NCBI GenBank assembly: GCA_031370565.1
Contig: JANMQO010000043.1
Coordinates: 1-54,317 of the forward strand
Origin: Chloroflexota bacterium
Lineage (GTDB): Bacteria; Chloroflexota; Limnocylindria; Limnocylindrales; CSP1-4
Reading direction: 5' to 3'
DNA: 54,317 nucleotides
Within the stretch, counting starts at the first letter, position 1. Each line of letters begins with the position of its first letter. Position numbers and translations under genes: made by a program. The notes beneath the pieces were generated by a model. It searched no databases. It was not told the DNA's origin and was given only the letters and a program-made list of their open reading frames with translations. Shown here in pieces: positions 9,569-18,353 of this stretch.

Positions 9569-10279
9569 CTACGCCGGCCGGACCCCGCGGGGCAGCAAGC
9601 GAATCGGCAGCGCAATTCGGTTGACGCTCGTGTGCAGGTAGGTCGTGAACGGAGTCAGCACGGCATTCACCCGGTGCACCCGAACACCTTCGATGAGCGC
9701 CGAGATGGCGAGACCGTGCCCGATGTAGATCCCGATGTGGCTGCCATACCCCCACACGACCAAGTCGCCGACCTGCGGGTTGGTGCGCGACGCCAGGCCC
9801 CGCCGCAGATAGTCGCGGTAGATCCAGATGGCGCTCTGCGATCTGACGTCACGACCCAGGCGCGCCTGCCGGAACACGCGCCAGACGAGCCCACTGCAGT
9901 CGAAGGCGAAGGGACCTGTGCTGCCCCAGCGATAGCGGGCTCCCAGGTGCGTTTTCGCCAGGGCCACGATGACGATCGAAGCGGCCACCGTCCGGGGGCG
10001 TGCGGGCCGGGCGGGCGGCGCGGGCAGGACGCCAGCGGAACCGACCGTCTGGGTCGACGGGGAGACCGCGGCGACGATGCTGGCTTCTGGCTGGCTGATC
10101 GTCACGGTCGGCTCGGTTGCCAAGGGCGATGCGATCGGGGCCGGCTCCGTCGCGAGTGTGGCGGTGGCCGGAACGACGATCAGCACGGACGTGGCGGCGG
10201 CCATCACGATGAGCGCCCTGAGGCGCGTGGCATTCAGGCTCAATGTGCTCCTCTCTACCAGGACATCGCGCTGGGGCAC
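9569..10279 (-). CDS. NlpC/P60 (C40) family peptidoglycan endopeptidase, secreted
   Basis: C-terminal NlpC/P60 catalytic pattern (YRWGSTGPFAFDCSGLVWRVF ... GDLVVWGYGSHIGIYIGHG). N-terminal hydrophobic signal-like segment. Confidence 0.85.
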   Translation of the reverse strand: MPQRDVLVERSTLSLNATRLRALIVMAAATSVLIVVPATATLATEPAPIASPLATEPTVTISQPEASIVAAVSPSTQTVGSAGVLPAPPARPARPRTVAASIVIVALAKTHLGARYRWGSTGPFAFDCSGLVWRVFRQARLGRDVRSQSAIWIYRDYLRRGLASRTNPQVGDLVVWGYGSHIGIYIGHGLAISALIEGVRVHRVNAVLTPFTTYLHTSVNRIALPIRLLPRGVRPA

Positions 10280-10521
10280 GATGGCGAAGGGAATGGGCCG
10301 CCCACGGCAGAGAGAATGTTCGGGAGTCCGAGCCGCGCGGGGCGGCGAGTCAGAATCCGATCAGGCCAGGCTGACCGGCGGGACGACGACACGATGTCGG
10401 CCGTTGGCGGCGTTCTTCGGTTGTCGATCCCGTCTGCTGGGGCAGCCCCCGGACGGGGAGAGGATAGCCCACGCCCGCGGATCCTGCGTCCGTGGCCTCC
10501 ACACGCACGCCGGCGCGCGAT

Positions 10522-11208
10522 TCAGTCGGGTGAGGACCCTCGTCGCTTCGCCACAAAGGCCGCCGCCTGCGCCCGGCGCTCCAGGTTGAGCTTGGACAGG
10601 ATCGAGCTGACGTAGTTCTTCACGGTCTTGTCCGAGAGGAATACGTCGCTCGCGATTTCCTTGTTGGTCTTGCCCTCGGCCACAAGCAGCAGAATTTTCT
10701 GCTCCTGCTGGGTGAGCTGAGCCAGCTCATCGCTGAACGTGCCGGTCGCGATCCGGCGCACCCGCTCCAGGACTTTCTCGGTGACGGCTGGGTCCAGCAG
10801 CGACTCGCCGCGCCCGATCGCCTCCAGTGCGGCGACCAGGTCCCGGGCCCGAATCTGCTTGAGCAGGTAGCCACTCGCACCGGCGACGATCGCCGACAGG
10901 ACGGCCTCCTCGTCCGGGTAGCTGGTCAGCATGACGACGCGCGTGGCCGGTCGTTCCGCCCGGATCTCGCGGCAGGCTTCGATCCCGGAGCCGTCCGGCA
11001 GGCGCACGTCCATGACCACGATGTCCGGCTCGAACCGGTGAGCCATTGCGACGGCCTCGGCTACCGTTCCGGCCTCGGCCACGATCTGGAAGGCTTCGCG
11101 GCGGGCGAGCAACGCAACCAGGCCCTGGCGGACGACCTCATGGTCGTCCACGATGAGCAGCCGGAGGACGGGAGCGGCAGCCCCCTCGCGGGCGCTGGGG
11201 TCGACCAC
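10522..11208 (-). CDS. NarL/LuxR-family response regulator, DevR/DosR-like
   Basis: Receiver (LLIVDDHEVVRQGL..VVMDVRLPDGSGIE..MLTSY..GASGYLLK) plus LuxR HTH (LTQQEQKILLLVAEGKTNKEIA..DKTVKNYVSSILSKLN). Close resemblance to recalled mycobacterial DevR. GTG start at 11208 was chosen just downstream of the kinase stop. Confidence 0.85.
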   Translation of the reverse strand: MVDPSAREGAAAPVLRLLIVDDHEVVRQGLVALLARREAFQIVAEAGTVAEAVAMAHRFEPDIVVMDVRLPDGSGIEACREIRAERPATRVVMLTSYPDEEAVLSAIVAGASGYLLKQIRARDLVAALEAIGRGESLLDPAVTEKVLERVRRIATGTFSDELAQLTQQEQKILLLVAEGKTNKEIASDVFLSDKTVKNYVSSILSKLNLERRAQAAAFVAKRRGSSPD

Positions 11209-11233
11209 GATCGGTGATCCTCGCTGCGGCGGG

Positions 11234-12835
11234 TCAGTCGCCCAGGGGGCGTGGAACCCGGACGATGATACGCGTGCCGACGTGGGGCTCGCTGCCGACC
11301 TCCAGCGAACCGCCCAGCGCGAGCGCCCGGGCACGCATGTTGGCCAGTCCCTGGTGGCCCGGTCCGCGGTCCGTGAGCCCGTCGAAGCCGCGACCGTTGT
11401 CGCCGACCTCGAGCACGACGGTTCCGGATTCCTCCGAGCGCACGACCAGCCCGACGCGACTCGCCCCGGAATGCCTGGCCACATTGGACAGCGCCTCGCG
11501 GACGATGTACAGGATCTGCTGGGTCGGCTCGGCAGCAAACGCCAGGTCTGCCTCCTCGCCCACGACCAGCTCGGTGTCGATCATCGTGTTCAGCCGGAAT
11601 TCGTCCAGCAGACCAGCCAGGCCGCCAACCAACCCGACCTCGCCCAACGCGTCGGGCTGCAAGCCGAAGATGAACGTGCGAACGTCGCGGATGGTCTGGT
11701 TCAGGCCCTCAATCGCACGTTCAATGCGGGCATTGGCCTCGACCGTGTCGTCGACCATGAGCTCCGGCATGTCCTCAAGGGACAGGGCAACCGCATAGAT
11801 TCGCTGGATGATCCCGTCGTGCAGATCCTGCCCGATCCGCTCGCGTTCCGTGACGACGGCCAGGCGCTGCACCTGCTCGTGCAAGCGGGCATTCTCGATG
11901 GCGATCCCGGCATGCAGGGCGAACATCTCGACCAGCTCCTGATCGGCCCGGCTGAACTCGACGGCGCCACGCTTGTTGGTCAGGTAGAGATCGCCGAGCG
12001 GTCGGCCCTTGACCGTGATCGGCACGCCCAGAAACGAGTGCATCTCGGGATGGTTGGGCGGGAACCCGTAGCGCCGGGGGTCGCTGGCCAGGTCTGGGAT
12101 GCGGAACGAGCGGCCCTCGCGAATGATCAGCCCGAGCAGGCCGTGCCCGCGCGGTAGCGGCCCGATCCGGTCACGCTTCGCTCGACTCAGGCCGCTCGTC
12201 ACGAAGCGCTCGAGCAGTCCCTCCGAATCGGCGATACCGAGCGCGGCGTACTCCGCCCCGACCAGCTCCCGGACGCGATCGCAGATCAGTTGCAGGACCC
12301 GCTCGTGGGCCAGGACACCGGCGATCGCCCGGGTCGCTGCGTCGAGCGCCTCGAGCCGCTCAACCGTCTGGTGGGCAGTCTCGCGCGACCAGGCGGCATC
12401 CAGGGCCAGTCCGATCACGCGGCCCGGGTCGAGCGGCCCATCGGTCGATCCCTCGACGTCGGCATCCAGCCACAGTCGGCCGGCAGGCTGACGGCCGTCG
12501 TCGAGGCGCAGCTCGATCGCACGCACCCCGCCGGTCGCCAGCCGAGCCTGGGACGGCCGGCGCTGCAGCGTACCCATGCCTACCCGCACGGGCGGCAACG
12601 GCGCAGCGTCCAGATCCAGGTAGGCACCGGACGCGCCACTCGCCCCGAGGACCTCGGCGAGGGTGTCTCTGATGCGCTTGCGACCGGCCCTGCTGCGAGT
12701 GGACCGCCAGGCCTCCAGGGCGTCCAGCAGGAGCACGACGGGCACGGCCGAGCCGAGCCCAGCCTCCGGATCAGGGCGCTCGGCCGCGCTGACCGTCGGC
12801 GAGTGAACGGGAACGGCCGAGCGGTGCGTCGTCAT
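11234..12835 (-). CDS. GAF-domain sensor histidine kinase (HisKA_3 type), DevS/DosT-like
   Basis: GAF-like regions followed by the H-box DLHDGIIQRIYAV and an HATPase (REALSNVARHS..GDNGRGF..GLANMRARA). ATG at 12835 is preceded by AGGAG. Confidence 0.85.
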   Translation of the reverse strand: MTTHRSAVPVHSPTVSAAERPDPEAGLGSAVPVVLLLDALEAWRSTRSRAGRKRIRDTLAEVLGASGASGAYLDLDAAPLPPVRVGMGTLQRRPSQARLATGGVRAIELRLDDGRQPAGRLWLDADVEGSTDGPLDPGRVIGLALDAAWSRETAHQTVERLEALDAATRAIAGVLAHERVLQLICDRVRELVGAEYAALGIADSEGLLERFVTSGLSRAKRDRIGPLPRGHGLLGLIIREGRSFRIPDLASDPRRYGFPPNHPEMHSFLGVPITVKGRPLGDLYLTNKRGAVEFSRADQELVEMFALHAGIAIENARLHEQVQRLAVVTERERIGQDLHDGIIQRIYAVALSLEDMPELMVDDTVEANARIERAIEGLNQTIRDVRTFIFGLQPDALGEVGLVGGLAGLLDEFRLNTMIDTELVVGEEADLAFAAEPTQQILYIVREALSNVARHSGASRVGLVVRSEESGTVVLEVGDNGRGFDGLTDRGPGHQGLANMRARALALGGSLEVGSEPHVGTRIIVRVPRPLGD

Positions 12836-13073
12836 ATCGCGGCTCCTGTGTCGAACCACAGTGGTCGGACCCGCCGGTCGAGCGGCCCGTGCGGCTCTAT
12901 CGTGGCGCATCCGGCGAGCAAGGTCATTGCCGATCAGGGCAGCGGGCACGAGTCACCTCGGTCCGACTAGTCATCCGCGCCGGGACGATGCCGCGACGAT
13001 CCCGGCCGACCGGCCCCCGAAGACAGGCCAGAAGTCCCTGTCGGCGAGTCGCGCCAGCCGGCAGGATGCCGCT

Positions 13074-13277
13074 ATGTATCCTTCCGAACCGTCGCCGCTC
13101 GCCGACGAGATGACGAGCCACTCCTCGGTCGTCGGGTCGGTCCAGGCGGCCGTCCCCACTGCTGCGCTGCCCGGCCCCAGCGGAGAGCTGCCGCCCGACC
13201 CACTCTCTCGGCGCGGGTTTCTGCGCGGCGCGGCACTGACCGGCGGTGGACTCGTCGTCGCCACGGTCGCCGCCTGA
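13074..13277 (+). pseudogene. Detached Tat/lipoprotein signal peptide ORF, in frame with the downstream multicopper oxidase through a TGA
   Basis: ATG at 13074 is preceded by AGGA. Encodes ..SRRGFLRGAALTGGGLVVATVAA followed by TGA at 13275-13277. The same frame stays open and coding-like up to the ATG at 13395. Confidence 0.5.
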
Positions 13278-13394
13278 ACGCCGGGCGGTGCCGCGCGCTG
13301 GACCTACGGACCGCTGGTCACTCCGCCGGCGGCCGGCGCCGCGTCCTCGTCGCCCGGTACCGGCCCGAGTCCGAGTCCGAGCGCGGTCATCGGC

Positions 13395-14360
13395 ATGGAT
13401 CACGGATCGTCCAGCCCTGTGCCGAGCGCCTCGCCTGGGTCCGCACTAGGCCCGATACCGGCCGGCTGGGCAGTCCACGACGTGGAGGCCAAGGCCAAAG
13501 TGGACCGGTTCCTCGCCGGCGAGTACGCCAAGGTTCCGGGCGCAGGCAACCAGCCCCTCCTGCCGGTTCTCAACGGCGACGTCCGAACGTTCGCCTTGAC
13601 CATCGACGCAATGGAGCACGCCCTGGACGCCCAGTCCGCGCCGGTCAAGGCGCTGGGCTACAACCGGATGTGGCCGGGTCCCCGGCTGACGGTGGTCGAG
13701 GGCGACCGGGTCCGGGCGACCTTCACCAACAATCTTACCGAGACGACCGGCGTCCACTTCCACGGCCAGGCTCTGCCCAACGCGATGGATGGGGTGCCGT
13801 TCATCACCCAGGAGCCGATCGTGCCGGGCGGCTCGTTCACCTACGAATTCGTGGCGAAACCGGCCGGCTCGCATATGTACCACTCGCATCACAACGCGAC
13901 GGACCAGGTGGGCCGCGGCCTGCTCGGTGCGTTCATCGTCGAGCCCAGAGATCCCGCCCAGCGCTACGACCGCAAGTACGGCACGACCCAGGACATCGTC
14001 TGGATCAGCAATGACCAGCTGGGTGGCTTCACCATCAACGGGCGCGGCTTCCCGGCCACCGCTCCGATCGTCGCCTCGCTCGGCGAGCGGATCGTCATCC
14101 GATTCATGAACGAGGGCGCGATGATGCACCCGTGGCACCTCCACGGGCTGCACTTCCGGGTCGTGGCCCGGGACGGCTGGCCGCTCGGCAGTGCGGAGTT
14201 CCGTTGCGACACGCTCGGGGTCAACCCGGGGGAGCGCTACGACGTGGTCATCGATTGTGACAATCCCGGGGCGTGGGCCTTCCACTGCCACATCCTCCCG
14301 CACGCTGAAGCGATGGCCGGGATGTTCGGGATGGTCACCGCCCTGATCGTCAAGGCGTAG
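13395..14360 (+). CDS. Two-domain multicopper oxidase (small-laccase-like)
   Basis: All four copper-ligand motifs are present in 321 aa: VHFHG, YHSHH, HPWHLHG, HCHILPHAEAMAGM. Confidence 0.85.
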   Translation: MDHGSSSPVPSASPGSALGPIPAGWAVHDVEAKAKVDRFLAGEYAKVPGAGNQPLLPVLNGDVRTFALTIDAMEHALDAQSAPVKALGYNRMWPGPRLTVVEGDRVRATFTNNLTETTGVHFHGQALPNAMDGVPFITQEPIVPGGSFTYEFVAKPAGSHMYHSHHNATDQVGRGLLGAFIVEPRDPAQRYDRKYGTTQDIVWISNDQLGGFTINGRGFPATAPIVASLGERIVIRFMNEGAMMHPWHLHGLHFRVVARDGWPLGSAEFRCDTLGVNPGERYDVVIDCDNPGAWAFHCHILPHAEAMAGMFGMVTALIVKA

Positions 14361-14364
14361 GCAG

Positions 14365-14844
14365 ATGGTCAGCGTGGCACTCGGGCTCCATCGACCCGCC
14401 GGGCAGCACCTCGAGACGATCCTGCTGGCGACCGACCTGACATCCGCCTCTAGCGCGGCGACCAACCAGGCGATCGACCTGGCGGTGCGGCTCGAGGCAC
14501 GCCTGCTCGTGGTCACGGTCATGGAATCGGCCAAGGTCGGGGTGGGCCGGCGGGGCGCCCGCCCGGAAACTCGCGCTGCCCGTGCCCGTGATGCCCAGCG
14601 CGTCGTGCACGAGGCCCGGGCAGCCGGCGCCGAGGCGCGTTTTCTGGTCTGGGAGGGCGACGCCGGACCAGGCATCATCGCTGCCGCGGAATCGGAAGGT
14701 GCGGACCTCATCGTGGTCGGCACGCACGGACGCAGCTCCGTCGGCCGGTTCCTGCTGGGCAGTGTCTCGGACCACGTCGTCCATCGGGCCGACTGTGCGG
14801 TCCTGGTCGTGCGCCCGGCCGACGAGGACGTCTCGACGGACTGA
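14365..14844 (+). CDS. Universal stress protein (UspA family)
   Basis: USP pattern (ILLATDLT ... ADLIVVGTHGRSSVGRFLLGSVSDHVVHRADCAVLVV). Starts 5 nt after the oxidase stop. Confidence 0.85.
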   Translation: MVSVALGLHRPAGQHLETILLATDLTSASSAATNQAIDLAVRLEARLLVVTVMESAKVGVGRRGARPETRAARARDAQRVVHEARAAGAEARFLVWEGDAGPGIIAAAESEGADLIVVGTHGRSSVGRFLLGSVSDHVVHRADCAVLVVRPADEDVSTD

Positions 14845-14883
14845 ACGCCGACGTGGAGCAGGAACTCTCGGTGAGCGTCCCAG

Positions 14884-15705
14884 CTATTTCGTGTATGCGC
14901 CGCCCGGATCCAGCTCGACCCGGATGAGGCGGAGCTCCTCGTCGGTCGGGGGAGGCGTCGTGATCAGCGTCGGCGAGACCCTTACTTCCCAGCCGATGGT
15001 GGCCCGGACAGCCTCCAAGGTGACACCCGGGTGGAGCGAATCAAGCCGCATCTCGCCGCCGTCGTCGAAGTGGTAGACGCCAAGATCAGTCACCACGAGG
15101 CTCGGGCCGCGCCCCAGCCAGCCCTGCTCGCGGCGGATCCGCTGGCTCTGCTCGGCCCCGCCCAGGTTGCCCGGCGAAGTCTGAAAGTCGATCCGCTCGA
15201 CGAAGGAGCGCGTCGACTGGCGCAGGATCACGAACACCTGGCGGGCGTTGATGGCGATCTCGCAGGCACCGCCGGAGCCGGGCAGGCGGGTCGTGGGATG
15301 AGCGTAGTCCGGGCCGATGACGGTCGTGTTGATGTTGCCGAACCGGTCGATCTGGGCGGCACCAAGGAAGCCCACGTCGATCAGGCCACCCTGCAGGTAG
15401 AAGCTGAACAGCTCGAACATCGAGGTGACCGCGATGGCCCCGCTGACGATCGTCGGGTCGCCGATCGAGAGCGGCAGGCGGGCCGGCTCGGCGCCGAACA
15501 CGCCGGCCTCGTAGACCAACTCCAGATCCGGCGCCACGGTGCGCTTGGCGAGGTTCACCGCGATGTTCGGGAGGCCGACGCCGACGAAGCAGACGCGCTG
15601 ACCAGCCAGCTCGCGGGCGGCAGCCACGATCATCATCTCGGACTTCGAGAAGGCTGGTCGGGCGCCCAATGGCCCGTTCGTCGGCCCGTTCGTCGACCCG
15701 CTCAT
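14884..15705 (-). CDS. CoA-transferase subunit B (glutaconate / 3-oxoacid CoA-transferase family)
   Basis: Beta-subunit pattern (MIVAAARELAGQRVCFVGVGLPNIAVNLAK ... EAGVFG). ATGA overlap with the subunit A stop. Confidence 0.85.
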   Translation of the reverse strand: MSGSTNGPTNGPLGARPAFSKSEMMIVAAARELAGQRVCFVGVGLPNIAVNLAKRTVAPDLELVYEAGVFGAEPARLPLSIGDPTIVSGAIAVTSMFELFSFYLQGGLIDVGFLGAAQIDRFGNINTTVIGPDYAHPTTRLPGSGGACEIAINARQVFVILRQSTRSFVERIDFQTSPGNLGGAEQSQRIRREQGWLGRGPSLVVTDLGVYHFDDGGEMRLDSLHPGVTLEAVRATIGWEVRVSPTLITTPPPTDEELRLIRVELDPGGAYTK

Positions 15706-16628
15706 CGGTACTGGCCGTAGTCAACCGAGCCGGACGGCGCCAACCCGCTCGGCCGGAGCGAGGCGACCCGCTCGGCGCCGAGCTTGTCGATGTAGGCCGC
15801 CCGCCCGTCGAGGTCGTAGACCCACTCGCCCAGCCAGGCCTGGACCGAGCCCTCGTCGCGGCTGATCGGGTCCCAGTCGAGATAGAACCGGTTGTCCCGG
15901 TCGTAGCTGCCCTGGACATACGACGGGTGAGCGCCCCACGGCTCGACGACGACCGCGTCGACGATGATTCCGGGGATGATCGTCCGGTTCGGATCCGCCC
16001 GGACAATCGCCTCGTCGACCAGCTCCTCGACGACGACGATGACCCGCTCCGCGGCGAAGGCCGCCTCCTTCTGGCAGCCGAGCAGGCCCCAGACCTGGGT
16101 GTTGCCATGGGCGTCGGCGCGCTGTGCGTGGATGATCGTGACATCCGGCTTCAGTGGCGGAACGGCGTAGACCTGCCCGTTGCCATAGGGCGACTCGATC
16201 GCCCGGATGAGCGGGTTCGCCTTGGGCAGGTCCGTCTCGAAGTAGCTCCGGAGCGGATAGAACGGCAAGTTGGACGCGCCGGCCAGGTAGCGGCCGACCA
16301 TCCCGAAGTGGCTGTACTCCTCGAGCTCGAGCGGGGCGGGATCGGCGTCCTCAATCCGCCGGCGGATGGCGTGCAGGCCGCCCACACCCGGGTTCCCCAG
16401 CCACGAGAAGATGAGCTTGCGGGCCACCCCGGCGGCGACCATCTGGTCATAGATCACATCCGGCGTGAGGCGAGCCAGGGTCAGTTCGCGCTTGCGCTGG
16501 CGGATGATCTCGTGTCCGGCCGCGAACGAGATGAGGTGAGTGAACCCCTCGATCGCGACGGTGTCGCCGTCGCGCACCAACGCCGCCACGGCATCCTGCA
16601 TCGACGCGACCTTGGACGCTCCGCTCAC
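15702..16628 (-). CDS. CoA-transferase subunit A
   Basis: Alpha-subunit pattern (AVAALVRDGDTVAIEGFTHL ... IIHAQRADAHGNTQVWG). GTG at 16628 overlaps the gabT-like stop (GTGA). ATG at 16601 is an alternative start. Confidence 0.85.
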   Translation of the reverse strand: MSGASKVASMQDAVAALVRDGDTVAIEGFTHLISFAAGHEIIRQRKRELTLARLTPDVIYDQMVAAGVARKLIFSWLGNPGVGGLHAIRRRIEDADPAPLELEEYSHFGMVGRYLAGASNLPFYPLRSYFETDLPKANPLIRAIESPYGNGQVYAVPPLKPDVTIIHAQRADAHGNTQVWGLLGCQKEAAFAAERVIVVVEELVDEAIVRADPNRTIIPGIIVDAVVVEPWGAHPSYVQGSYDRDNRFYLDWDPISRDEGSVQAWLGEWVYDLDGRAAYIDKLGAERVASLRPSGLAPSGSVDYGQYR

Positions 16629-17926
16629 CCGCCGGCAACCTCGACGACGGCCTCGCCGAACAGGCGCAGCGCGGTATCCATCTCCGCCTCGCTGACGGTC
16701 AGGGCCGGGGACATCCGGACACTCGACGCGCCGGACTCGAGCACAAGCAGCCCACGCTGGAAGCAGGCCCACTGGACGGCCGCCGCATGTGCCGCGGTGT
16801 CGAACTCGATACCGACCATGAGGCCCCGACCGCGTACATCCCGGACCAGCTCCGGGTAGCGGGCGAGGAACGGCCGCAGGCCGGCGAACGCCTGCTCGCC
16901 GCGGCTGCCCGCGTTGCTCACGAGACCGGCCTCCAGCAGGTCGATCGTGGCCAGGGCCGCCGCGCAGGACACCGGGTTGCCGCCGTAGGTCGAGCCGTGC
17001 GCGCCCGGACCCCAGGCCTCGAGCAGGCTCGCCCGGGCGATCATCGCGCCGAGTGGCATGCCGCTGGCGATCCCCTTCGCGCTGAGCAGGATGTCCGGCT
17101 TGACGCCCCACTGCTCGACCGCCCACATCGTGCCCGTGCGGCCGGCGCCCGACTGGATCTCATCGGCGATGAGGATGATCCCGTGACGGTCGCAGATCTC
17201 GCGCAGGCCCTGCAGGAAGCCGTCCTCCGGGACGATGTAGCCGCCCTCGCCCTGGATCGGCTCGACGATGATCGCCGCGACTTCGCTGGCTGGGGCGAGC
17301 TTGTCGAACAGGACCTCGTCGAACCAGCGCAGGTCCGCGACCTTGCCGTACGGCGCGTGGTAGACGCCCGGCAGCAGCGGCCCGAAGCCGGCGTGGTACT
17401 TCGCCTTGGACGCGGTCAGGCTGACCGAGCCGTAGGTCCGGCCATGAAACGCGCCGAGAAAGGCCACCACGTACGGGCGATGGGTGGCGTAGCGGGCCAG
17501 CTTGATGGCCGCCTCGACGACCTCGGTGCCGGAGTTGCCGAGGTAGACCCGGACAGGTCCGTCGATCGGGGCGAGTCCGGCCAGCCGCTCGCACAGTTGC
17601 GGGTAGATCGGCAGGTAGAAGTCGGACGCGCTGAAATGGATGAGCTCGGCCGCCTGCTCCTTGATCGCGGCCACGACCTGGGGATGGCTGTGCCCGGTGG
17701 AGTTGACCGCGATCCCCGCCGCAAAGTCGAGGAACAGGTTCCCGTCGATATCCTCGACGGTGAGGCCCTCGCCTCGGACCGGCACGATCGGGTAGGCCCG
17801 GGGCAGGCTGGGCGAGGTCCACGTCTCGTCATACGCAACGTGCGCGCGCGCCTTCGGGCCCGGGATCTCCGTGACCAGGTGCGGGACCGGGCGCGTGCCG
17901 GCGAGACGAGGCTGGGCCTGGATCAC
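16625..17926 (-). CDS. gabT: 4-aminobutyrate-type class-III aminotransferase
   Basis: GabT-like N-terminus (LVTEIPGPKA), GNSGTEVVEAAIKLAR, DEIQSGAGRTG, SAKGIASG. GTG start at 17926 is preceded by GAGAGG. The longer ORF in the track (to 18169) runs into a noncoding repeat array. Confidence 0.9.
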   Translation of the reverse strand: MIQAQPRLAGTRPVPHLVTEIPGPKARAHVAYDETWTSPSLPRAYPIVPVRGEGLTVEDIDGNLFLDFAAGIAVNSTGHSHPQVVAAIKEQAAELIHFSASDFYLPIYPQLCERLAGLAPIDGPVRVYLGNSGTEVVEAAIKLARYATHRPYVVAFLGAFHGRTYGSVSLTASKAKYHAGFGPLLPGVYHAPYGKVADLRWFDEVLFDKLAPASEVAAIIVEPIQGEGGYIVPEDGFLQGLREICDRHGIILIADEIQSGAGRTGTMWAVEQWGVKPDILLSAKGIASGMPLGAMIARASLLEAWGPGAHGSTYGGNPVSCAAALATIDLLEAGLVSNAGSRGEQAFAGLRPFLARYPELVRDVRGRGLMVGIEFDTAAHAAAVQWACFQRGLLVLESGASSVRMSPALTVSEAEMDTALRLFGEAVVEVAGG

Positions 17927-18016
17927 GGAGCACCTCTCGGAGCGTGGACCAGGCCGCGTGCGAGCGCCGGACCACCGAATAGGATCTATGCACACTGGAT
18001 GCCGTCGAGTATAGCT

Positions 18017-18172
18017 GGGTCTCCCTGCCGAGCCTCTCTGCCGGGCGCCATTCCGGGTCTCCCTGCCGAGCCTCTCTGCCGGGCGCCATTCCGGGTCTCC
18101 CTGCCGGGTCTCCGTGGCGGTTCTCCCTGCCGGGCGCGTCATTCCGGGTCTCCCTGCCGGGCGCGTCATTCC
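18017..18172. repeat. Tandem repeat array A (38-nt units built from CTC[CT]CTGCCG[AG]G sub-repeats)
   Basis: GGGTCTCCCTGCCGAGCCTCTCTGCCGGGCGCCATTCC occurs at 18017-18054 and identically at 18055-18092. Degenerate or partial copies continue to 18172. About eight copies of the 12-nt core. Confidence 0.9.
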
Positions 18173-18350
18173 CCGGTATCACAGGAAGCTTTGAATGGCG
18201 ATGACCGGGCGGCTCGGGACGCAACACAGTGCTCCCGATGATCGAACGAAGCCTGGGTCGGCCGCCTTGCCGTTGCGAGGGCCGTTGCGAGGGCCGTTGC
18301 GAAGGGCGATCCGCTTCTGATCTGGTTCGACAAAGGTTCCTGTGATTCGG
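18173..18350. repeat. Inverted repeat pair (about 20 nt arms) enclosing 137 nt
   Basis: Left arm 18173-18193 is CCGGTATCACAGGAAGCTTTG. Right arm 18331-18350 is CAAAGGTTCCTGTGATTCGG. The 10-nt core ATCACAGGAA/TTCCTGTGAT is perfect. Confidence 0.85.
18269..18305. repeat. Tandem repeat array B (12-nt GCCGTTGCGAGG x3)
   Basis: Three head-to-tail copies; the last has a 1-nt insertion. Located inside the inverted-repeat-bounded segment. Confidence 0.9.
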
Positions 18351-18353
18351 AAC

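Noticed and set aside
10280-10521. c-di-AMP (ydaO-type) riboswitch in the 240-nt region upstream of the NlpC/P60 hydrolase gene. Such hydrolase genes often carry this riboswitch in Actinobacteria.
   Set aside because: Only loose fragments are present (ACGGGAUC, CCGAAGAA, CCCGAAC). The most conserved 3' block I recall (CCGAAUCC..CAGCUAACCUCGUA) is absent. A covariance-model scan (Rfam RF00379) would settle it.
12965-12972. The perfect palindrome GACTAGTC between the DevS-like gene and the oxidase locus as a DevR/DosR box.
   Set aside because: It matches only the centre of the recalled consensus (GGGACT-WW-AGTCCC), lacks the two central bases, and lacks the flanking GG/CC. This is insufficient for a call.
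13275-13277. Selenocysteine decoding of the in-frame TGA in the oxidase precursor.
   Set aside because: I found no convincing SECIS-like stem-loop in the 40 nt downstream. A Sec in a lipobox is unprecedented. A point mutation or sequencing error from TGC/TGT is far more likely. It is kept only as a remote alternative in the finding.
17927-18169. N-terminal extension of the gabT-like ORF encoding repeated peptides (MTRPAGRPGMTRPAGR..., GDPEWRPAERLGRETR...).
   Set aside because: The repeat peptides simply translate the tandem DNA repeats. A GTG with a GAGAGG RBS at 17926 gives an N-terminus typical of GabT homologs (..LVTEIPGPKA). The extension is treated as noncoding.
18017-18172. Possible CRISPR array, because of repeated 38-nt units.
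   Set aside because: The repeats are contiguous with no unique spacers, and the units degenerate internally into 12-13-nt sub-repeats. No cas genes are in the window. This is a tandem repeat, not a CRISPR array.
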